Positions 56,560-64,000 of a DNA stretch of 64,000 nt are shown in pieces (positions within the stretch are counted from its first letter, which is position 1; each line of letters opens with the position of its first letter). The stretch comes from the human T2T-CHM13v2.0 reference genome, Homo sapiens. The notes under the pieces were generated by a model. The model was not told the DNA's origin. It searched no databases and worked only from the letters and a program-made list of their open reading frames with translations. Where the stretch lies: NCBI RefSeq assembly GCF_009914755.1, contig NC_060931.1; one strand, given 5' to 3'. Position numbers and translations under genes: made by a program.

Positions 56560-57150
56560 GAGGGCTCACGTGTACAAACACGTGTGTGGGTGGACACAGG
56601 TATACATGTGTCCACAAACACACATGCACACACACACACGTGAACCCCATGTGCATGCAGCCCTCCAGCCCTCAGCTGCGGGCCCAGGAGAGCCGGAGCA
56701 GCCCCAGGCCCCCAAGCCTCCTCCCTGTGCCTGTGGTGAGGGCTCTTAGGCCCTGTAATCCTCCTTACCTTGACTTTGGGTTATTTTGAGCAAGAGATTA
56801 AAGGTGATTACGATTGTGGCTGAGGCGCCACGCTTCCTACACGCTTCCTGTGCGGCCGCTGGCCAGACCCGCCCTTCCGGAGGCCGGGCACAGCCGGACG
56901 CCATCCGCCCCATGCCCTTGGCCCGCCCCCGGCCAGCACGCGCCTCTGCCTGAGACCTGGGCCCCCAGGAGGCTTGGGAAAGCTAAATCCCAGCATTGGC
57001 ACAGGTTGTCTGGGCACGGTGCAGGGATGGTGGGGAGGGATGGAGGGGCTGGCGTGGGTGCGAGCTGGCAGGTGCACACGGCATGATGGTGACCAAGACA
57101 GCGCTGACTCCCGTGATGGTGGATTTCACATCCAACCGGACCACGTGGGG
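56560..57150 (-). promoter_or_regulatory. Candidate promoter of ELFN1-AS1 (GC boxes, ETS site, E-boxes)
   Basis: CCGCCC boxes at about 56868-56930, CTTCCGG (ETS) at 56874, CACGTG at 56567, 56579, 56637 and 57142, CACGCG at 56937, and locally raised CpG density. Confidence 0.55.
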
Positions 57151-58863
57151 ACCCCATTTTCCCTACCCAAGCAGCCCCCTGAGCCATTTTTGAGTGGGCC
57201 TAGCCAGGTCCTGCCCGGCTGGGCTTGGCGTCCCCTGGCCACTCCAGGCCAAGCCCTGGGTTAGCTCCCCGAGGCCCGCTAGGACCTCGTTGTAGCCCCC
57301 ATGCCGTCTGACTTCTCCCTCTCTTTAAATCAGAAATAGACTCTTCTCCAGGAGCCGGAACAAAATTGTTCTTTATGAAGTTTCCAAAGGGAGGAAAAAA
57401 CCCATTTTACATCATTATATTTTTTTTCTCTAATTTAAACCGCTTCAGTGCAGACTAGTTGCAAACGTCAATATCAGTGAAATACACCCAGCTGGCTGCC
57501 CGCCAGGCCACGGCTCGGTGACAGAGGCCGACTGTAAATCCACATATTAACAAGCAAACACACCCATTTCTCTATCCTGCAGGGAAAACACAGGCGGCCG
57601 GGAGGTGAGGTCGCACACCAGGGGCCCCCTTATCTCGAGGGTAGTGGTGGGGGGGTCCATGGGGGAGCAGGAGCCCAGCGGGATGCCTCGCTCCCCAGAC
57701 GTACCTCCAGCCCCGTCTGCAGGGTCCTTCCTGCCTGGGGCTTCCCCGCCTACAGCTCGGTCGCCACATCCTCTGTGTCCAGGCTCAGCAGACACTAGGC
57801 AGATGGAGGAGGCACCGTCCTGCCTGGAGACCCTCAGGGTCCAGTGGAGGCTGAGGAATAGAGCAGAGGACCCCGTATGGTGGTGGGGAGGATGGCAGGA
57901 GAGGCATGCGGCTCCCCCAGGGACCTCGGAGCTGTCCCTCTCCCAGCCTGAGGAGGATGTGTGGAGCCTGGAAATTCTCCGCAGAGCAAGCAGTTCCCTT
58001 CCTTCCAGAAGGGAGGTGGCCCCTATCCACCAAGGTGAGGTGCAGACAGTGCCAAGTCCCAGTGCCGGGTAGACGCCCTCAGAGACCATCCAGCTGGCTC
58101 ATTTGGGGAAACTGAGGCCCAGAGGGGGCACAGCGTGCCAGGGACACAGGGCGGGCGAGCTCAGACCGAGACCTGGCAGACACGAGTCCCCGGACAGGCC
58201 AGAATACCTCCCGGTGCCTCCCTCCCAGAGGGCTGGAGAGGAGCCCGCGCCCCGGAAGGATTCTGTGTTGAGGGCTGCGGACCCTGCGGTGAGTGCGCAG
58301 GGTAGCTCCTACAGGCGGCTCCAGGGGCGTTGTGGCCGGGCCTCCTGGGAGCAGAAGCCCCAGGTGACAGGCACCGTGCCCAGTGAGGGCCTTCACACGC
58401 ACATCCCTGGCCGCAGCCAGCCGGCGGAAGCCCAGTCACTCCTCAGCCAAGCGACTTTAGGTCCCAGTCCCCTGCCTCAGTTCCCTTATCCGACCGGGGT
58501 TGCGCCGAGAGTGAAATGGGCTTCAGGGACCTCGATTCTGGGCTGTCAGTACCTTGGAACATGGCCAAGCAGGCAGTGCCCCGTCCATTTTGCAGATGAG
58601 GAAACTGAGGCCGAGAGCCGAGGAGACCCCTCCACGGGAGGGTGAAGCATTTCCTCCGCTATCCTGACCTGTCTCAGGACCCCCCAGGGGCTTCTGAGGA
58701 AGGAACTTCTGTTTTTTCTGTGTTTTACAGAAGAGATTCAGGGGGCTCAGCGGAGCAGGGACTCAGGCCACATTCGGATGCCGCCGCTGTGAGATGCCGG
58801 CCGTCCCCTGACCGCTGTCTTCTCTCTTGTCCCCTGACCGCTGTCTTCTCTCTTGTCTTGCAG

Positions 58864-59156
58864 CAGGAACGTCGGAGCAGGAGGAGTCAGTGGAGCCATC
58901 AGGACACCCAGGCCCATGGGGCAGGAGGCCTCGGTCACCACAGGACTGGGGCGGAAGACGAGAGGCGGCCGGCCGTGAGGGAGGCGCCCTCCCTCCCCGC
59001 GCTTACGTCGCGCGGCCATGCGGTTTGGGACAGGACACCCCTGAGAGTGCAGGCACCTCCCCCTCCCGCCCCTCCATCCCTCTGGGGGCTGGCGCCTGGC
59101 CCCCCACCTGGTCCCCCTGGGCAGGCTGAATTGGGGCTCCCTGCAGGGCGGTCCCG
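58864..59156 (+). other. ELFN1: 5'-UTR portion (293 nt) of the terminal/coding exon of ELFN1
   Basis: Branch-point-like CTGAC, pyrimidine tract and tcttgcag| acceptor (AG 58862-58863), in a NAGNAG context (CAGCAG), 293 nt upstream of the ATG. Confidence 0.85.
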
Positions 59157-61630
59157 ATGGCCGGGCGTGGGTGGGGCGCGCTGTGGGTGTGCGTGGCGGC
59201 CGCCACCCTGCTGCACGCTGGCGGCCTGGCCCGCGCAGACTGCTGGCTGATCGAGGGCGACAAGGGCTTCGTGTGGCTGGCCATCTGCAGCCAGAACCAA
59301 CCCCCCTACGAGGCCATCCCACAGCAGATCAACAGCACCATCGTGGACCTGCGGCTCAACGAGAACCGTATCCGCAGCGTGCAGTACGCCTCGCTCAGCC
59401 GCTTTGGCAACCTCACGTACCTCAACCTCACCAAGAACGAGATCGGCTACATCGAGGACGGCGCCTTCTCGGGCCAGTTCAACCTGCAGGTGCTGCAGCT
59501 GGGCTACAACCGGCTGCGCAACCTCACGGAGGGCATGCTGCGCGGCCTGGGCAAGCTGGAGTACCTGTACCTGCAGGCCAACCTCATCGAGGTGGTCATG
59601 GCCAGCAGCTTCTGGGAGTGTCCCAACATCGTCAACATCGACCTGTCCATGAACCGCATCCAGCAGCTCAACAGCGGCACCTTCGCCGGCCTGGCCAAGC
59701 TGTCGGTGTGCGAGCTCTACAGCAACCCCTTCTACTGCTCCTGCGAGCTGCTGGGCTTCCTGCGCTGGCTGGCCGCCTTCACCAACGCCACACAGACGTA
59801 CGACCGCATGCAGTGCGAGTCGCCGCCCGTCTACTCCGGCTACTACCTCCTGGGCCAGGGCCGCCGCGGCCACCGCAGCATCCTCAGCAAACTGCAGTCA
59901 GTCTGCACCGAGGACTCGTACGCGGCTGAGGTGGTCGGGCCCCCACGTCCAGCATCCGGGCGCTCACAGCCGGGCCGCTCCCCGCCGCCCCCGCCTCCGC
60001 CGGAGCCCAGTGACATGCCCTGTGCCGATGATGAGTGCTTCTCCGGGGACGGCACCACGCCACTGGTGGCCCTGCCCACGCTGGCCACGCAGGCCGAGGC
60101 CCGCCCCCTCATCAAGGTCAAGCAGCTCACTCAGAACTCGGCCACCATCACCGTCCAGCTGCCCAGCCCGTTCCACCGGATGTACACCCTGGAGCATTTC
60201 AACAACAGCAAGGCCTCCACCGTGTCCAGGCTGACCAAGGCCCAGGAGGAGATCCGTCTGACCAACCTGTTCACGCTCACCAACTACACCTACTGCGTGG
60301 TGTCCACCAGCGCCGGGCTGCGCCACAACCACACCTGCCTCACCATCTGCTTGCCCCGGCTGCCCAGCCCGCCTGGTCCGGTGCCCAGCCCCTCCACGGC
60401 CACCCACTACATCATGACCATCCTGGGCTGCCTCTTCGGCATGGTGCTGGTGCTGGGCGCCGTCTACTACTGCCTGCGCAGGCGGCGGCGCCAGGAGGAG
60501 AAGCACAAGAAGGCCGCCTCGGCAGCCGCAGCTGGCAGCCTCAAGAAGACCATCATCGAGCTCAAGTACGGGCCAGAGCTGGAGGCGCCCGGCCTGGCCC
60601 CGCTGTCCCAGGGCCCGCTGCTGGGCCCCGAGGCCGTGACGCGCATCCCTTACCTGCCTGCAGCCGGCGAGGTGGAGCAGTACAAGCTGGTGGAGAGCGC
60701 GGACACCCCCAAGGCCAGCAAGGGCAGCTACATGGAGGTTCGAACCGGGGACCCTCCGGAACGCAGGGACTGTGAGCTGGGCCGGCCGGGCCCCGACAGC
60801 CAGAGTTCGGTGGCCGAGATCTCCACCATCGCCAAGGAGGTGGACAAGGTCAACCAGATCATCAACAACTGCATCGACGCGCTCAAGTCCGAGTCCACCT
60901 CCTTCCAGGGCGTCAAGTCGGGGCCCGTGTCCGTCGCGGAGCCGCCGCTGGTGCTGCTGTCCGAGCCGCTGGCCGCCAAGCACGGCTTCCTGGCGCCCGG
61001 GTACAAGGACGCCTTCGGCCACAGCCTGCAGCGGCACCACAGCGTGGAGGCCGCCGGGCCCCCTCGTGCCAGCACCTCGTCCAGCGGCTCCGTGCGCAGC
61101 CCCCGCGCCTTCCGAGCCGAGGCCGTCGGGGTGCACAAGGCCGCGGCCGCCGAGGCCAAGTACATCGAGAAGGGCTCCCCCGCGGCCGACGCCATCCTCA
61201 CTGTGACACCCGCGGCCGCCGTGCTGCGGGCCGAGGCCGAGAAGGGTCGCCAGTACGGCGAGCACCGGCACTCGTACCCCGGCTCCCACCCGGCCGAGCC
61301 ACCTGCGCCCCCCGGGCCACCGCCGCCGCCTCCGCACGAGGGCCTGGGGCGCAAGGCGTCCATCCTGGAGCCACTCACCCGGCCGCGGCCCCGCGACCTC
61401 GCCTACTCGCAGCTGTCCCCGCAGTACCACAGCCTGAGCTACTCCTCCAGCCCCGAGTACACCTGCCGGGCCTCCCAGAGCATCTGGGAGCGCTTCAGAC
61501 TGAGCCGCCGGCGGCACAAGGAGGAAGAGGAGTTCATGGCCGCGGGCCATGCCCTGCGCAAGAAGGTTCAGTTCGCCAAAGACGAGGATCTGCACGACAT
61601 CCTGGACTACTGGAAGGGCGTGTCGGCCCA
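58930..61630. promoter_or_regulatory. Intragenic CpG island over the ELFN1 coding exon
   Basis: Very high GC content and CpG density (e.g. cgcgcttacgtcgcgcggcc near 59000) compared with the CpG-depleted introns. Confidence 0.8.
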
Positions 61631-61643
61631 GCACAAGTCCTGA
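59157..61643 (+). CDS. ELFN1: Extracellular leucine-rich repeat and fibronectin type III domain-containing protein 1 (PPP1R28), single coding exon, 828 aa
   Basis: ATG-to-TGA ORF with strong GC3 codon bias. It has an N-terminal signal peptide (MAGRGWGALWVCVAAATLLHAGGLARA), LRR repeats (LRLNENRI, LNLTKNEI, LQLGYNRL, LYLQANLI, IDLSMNRI), an LRRCT (NPFYCSC), a Pro-rich linker, an FN3-like domain, a TM helix (about 60408-60476) followed by a poly-Arg stop-transfer, and a cytoplasmic tail with RVxF motif KKVQF and the ELFN-type C-terminus DEDLHDILDYWKGVSAQHKS. Confidence 0.98.
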   Translation: MAGRGWGALWVCVAAATLLHAGGLARADCWLIEGDKGFVWLAICSQNQPPYEAIPQQINSTIVDLRLNENRIRSVQYASLSRFGNLTYLNLTKNEIGYIEDGAFSGQFNLQVLQLGYNRLRNLTEGMLRGLGKLEYLYLQANLIEVVMASSFWECPNIVNIDLSMNRIQQLNSGTFAGLAKLSVCELYSNPFYCSCELLGFLRWLAAFTNATQTYDRMQCESPPVYSGYYLLGQGRRGHRSILSKLQSVCTEDSYAAEVVGPPRPASGRSQPGRSPPPPPPPEPSDMPCADDECFSGDGTTPLVALPTLATQAEARPLIKVKQLTQNSATITVQLPSPFHRMYTLEHFNNSKASTVSRLTKAQEEIRLTNLFTLTNYTYCVVSTSAGLRHNHTCLTICLPRLPSPPGPVPSPSTATHYIMTILGCLFGMVLVLGAVYYCLRRRRRQEEKHKKAASAAAAGSLKKTIIELKYGPELEAPGLAPLSQGPLLGPEAVTRIPYLPAAGEVEQYKLVESADTPKASKGSYMEVRTGDPPERRDCELGRPGPDSQSSVAEISTIAKEVDKVNQIINNCIDALKSESTSFQGVKSGPVSVAEPPLVLLSEPLAAKHGFLAPGYKDAFGHSLQRHHSVEAAGPPRASTSSSGSVRSPRAFRAEAVGVHKAAAAEAKYIEKGSPAADAILTVTPAAAVLRAEAEKGRQYGEHRHSYPGSHPAEPPAPPGPPPPPPHEGLGRKASILEPLTRPRPRDLAYSQLSPQYHSLSYSSSPEYTCRASQSIWERFRLSRRRHKEEEEFMAAGHALRKKVQFAKDEDLHDILDYWKGVSAQHKS

Positions 61644-61861
61644 GCCCCCCAAGACCGGCGATGCCCACTGGACCAAAAAGGATGCAGGATCCACCCAGAG
61701 ACTCAGCACCAAACCCAACACACGCACGCCACCACAGCAACTGTGACAGCGGGGGGCCCTGCAGAGGCGAGGGGGGAGCGAGTGGGGACAGACAAGGGGG
61801 ACACGTCCCGAGCTCCTGTGGCCGGTCCTGGGATGCGCTTGTCGCCCCGGGTGGCACGTGT

Positions 61862-61862
<1 letters not shown>

Positions 61863-61901
<39 letters not shown>
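61863..61901. repeat. (CA)n microsatellite in the ELFN1 3' UTR
   Basis: Seen directly. Confidence 0.97.
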
Positions 61902-61906
<5 letters not shown>

Positions 61907-62041
61907 ACTTCGGAAAACTGTGTCTTAGGGATGGGGGGTGGGGGTGGGGATTTTTTTTTCATTATCTTTCCTCTTTTGAGTCTTCTCTGCCTTTTCTTTT
62001 CCTCTCTATCTCTTTACTTTCTTCCTTTTTTAAAAAAATAT

Positions 62042-62047
62042 AATAAA
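62042..62047 (+). terminator. Canonical polyadenylation signal AATAAA (candidate proximal site)
   Basis: AATAAA in an AT-rich part of the 3' UTR; use not demonstrated. Confidence 0.4.
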
Positions 62048-64000
62048 AGACAAGTTATTTTAAAAAGACATAAAATGCCATCCGTGGGGGGTGTGGCCGG
62101 CGTGGCCACCTCGGGGCCCCTCACGTGATCTCCTCGGTCCGTGGTTTTCTGTGGATTCTCTGTCCAGTCCGTCTCTTCATTGCCGCCTCCGGAGTCCACT
62201 GCAGAGGGGCAGAGTGAATGCCGGCGGCCAAGTGGCCTCCGGGACAGGTCCTGGAGCCCTGCTGGACTCAGGGTGGGTGGAGGCTGTGCCTGTGGACGGC
62301 CGGGGTGGCCAGGACGGCCAAGGGCTGGGAGGCACGTCCCCCAGCCCAGCCCCCATGTACACTGTAGTCGTTCTATTGTACAGAAAAAAATATTTCTATA
62401 TTTGCAATGTTTGCTGTAAAATGAGAAAGAAAAAAAGACTATGTCTACTAAAAAAAAAAAAAAAAGACTATGTCTACTTAAAAAAAAATCTGCAAAGGAA
62501 AAAAAATCAAATGCTTGTTTGTCCTGGGTTTTTACTGTGGGTTTCAGGGAAAGAGTTGAGGTTTCTTTTATGTCCCGTTTAGGGGGTGGTTTTACTGATT
62601 TTGGCCTTGGGGTGGGGACACGCTGTGCTCTCTTGGCTAGAGCGTGGTGTGACCAGGGGGGTGCACGTGGGAACCCTTGGGAGGTGGGCGGCCCGCACTG
62701 GGCTGGAGCGTGTCTGAGAGCCGGTGTGGACAGGGTAGGCGGGAGCCAAGCTCAGGTGGCGGCGGGAGGATGGGCGGGAGCAGGGTCTTGGTGTGGTGGA
62801 TCCACGGTGCGGGGCTGCTTCTGTGTGTGTCTGGCTGTGCGTGCCAGCGGGGTGTGTGCAGAACCCAGCAGCCGAGGGGGTGTGAGTGGGCCTGGGACGC
62901 CCAGAGGCTCTTGAGTGAGGTTCCGGGTGAGCCGATGGTGTGGGTTTGCATGTGATTGAGCGTGAGCGTGAGGTGGTTGGAGGGTGTGTCTGTGTGAGGG
63001 CGGGTTCCCCTGCTGTCGCCAGAGCCCCACCTACAGGAAGTGCCCAGAGACCCCTAATTCTTCGGGGGTCTCTCAGGACGCTGAGCCCGGAGCCAGACCC
63101 TGCACTGCAGCCCCCTCCATATGCATCTCACCCACCACCCCTCCAGGCAGCACGCCCTGGTGTGGGCCCCCGTTCTGAGTGAATAAGAGGCTGGAGTCCA
63201 TGTGGGACCAGCACCAGGTTGTTTAGCATCCCCAGGGGAGGATGGAGAGAGTCCCTGGCTTCCTGCTGCCCAGAGCACAAGGTGCCCCTCATCCCACCTA
63301 CAGGAGCCAGAGGGAGACGCTGAGGACGAGACTGGACTCCCAGGCCCTCGAATCCACCTGCCAGCTGAGTGGGGGTTTTGTACCCACCCCAGGGAAACAG
63401 CCCCCAGCCCTGCATCCCACGCAGAGCTGCCTTTCTGCTCAGGGGGAGGGCCCTGTGAGGAAGGGGAACACCTCACCCTGGGCCCGGACACCTGCCTGAT
63501 GCCGGGACTGCTGAGTCAAAGCTCCCTGTCACCCCTCTCTTCCTGTCTGGATGGCCCCTCCCCTGTCCTTCCTAAAGTCCCGGCTGCTGAGCCCCCACCC
63601 CACCCCTCCATTGATGGCAGACCCACCCCCACTCTGAACTCTGGCACAGACCCAGGGAGGGAGGAGGCTGCGGCTGGAGCCGGGTCCCAGAGGCAACAGG
63701 AACCCGGGAGACTCCAGGGCAGGAACCGGAGGGATGAAGCCGGTTTTCAGGCTCTGACGGGTCCCCCAAGAAAGGACCCAGTCTCAGTCTGACCCAGTGG
63801 GGGACAAGGAGGGAGGGAGGAAGGGCCAGTGCAGGTAGGAGCAGGGGCAGCCTCTGCTTGCACGCCCTGGGTGACGGGAAGCTCACCCCTCTCTTCTGTA
63901 GCTGTCTCCAGCTTTCGGGACCTCCCTTACAGCAGAAGCCCAGGGGGCTGTCCCCCAGGGGCCACAGAACTGAGGGCCCATCTGTCCCCTCCAGGTTAGC

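Larger units (their letters stand above)
61644..62510 (+). other. ELFN1: ELFN1 3' UTR (3' end approximate)
   Basis: Follows the stop codon. Contains (CA)n, a G-tract, AATAAA at 62042, and an A-rich block with ACTAAA at 62447 followed by a U/GU-rich downstream element (about 62515-62600). Confidence 0.65.

Noticed and set aside
59171-60775. Alternative + strand frames overlapping ELFN1 (252 aa and 246 aa)
   Set aside because: Non-ATG starts and low-complexity Arg/Pro/Gln content, as expected in GC-rich coding DNA.
59964-61901. 645-aa minus-strand ORF antisense to ELFN1 (also 58935-59873, 312 aa)
   Set aside because: Shadow ORF caused by the extreme GC3 bias of the sense CDS. It starts at a GTG within the (CA)n repeat and shows no domain-like content.

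Overview
Human (primate) genomic DNA from the ELFN1 locus (7p22.3, identified from the recognisable protein). The only supportable protein-coding region is the single-exon ELFN1 CDS (59157-61643, +, 828 aa; LRR-FN3-TM synaptic adhesion protein with a PP1-docking tail), which lies in an intragenic CpG island. Most of the window is 5'-UTR intron sequence, rich in Alu, L1, MIR and MLT repeats and simple repeats. From splice signals I reconstruct two non-coding 5'-UTR exons (2620-2712, derived from an antisense Alu, and 23654-23815) and the last-exon acceptor at 58864; together these carry four short uORFs. A spliced antisense lncRNA matching ELFN1-AS1 (about 56860 to 53190, minus strand) has an E-box/GC-box promoter, and a second minus-strand non-coding unit may lie at about 7370-8900. 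The most striking unexplained structure is a ~220-bp inverted duplication (2084-2307 vs 3014-3234) that brackets the Alu-derived exon. Other observations include a duplicated branch-point/polypyrimidine tract at the coding-exon acceptor, an 18-bp two-variant GC-box VNTR, template-switch hairpins and several motif-dense enhancer candidates. There is no prokaryote-type system, RNA gene or CRISPR array. Gene names and repeat subfamilies come from recall and by-eye comparison, not database searches.
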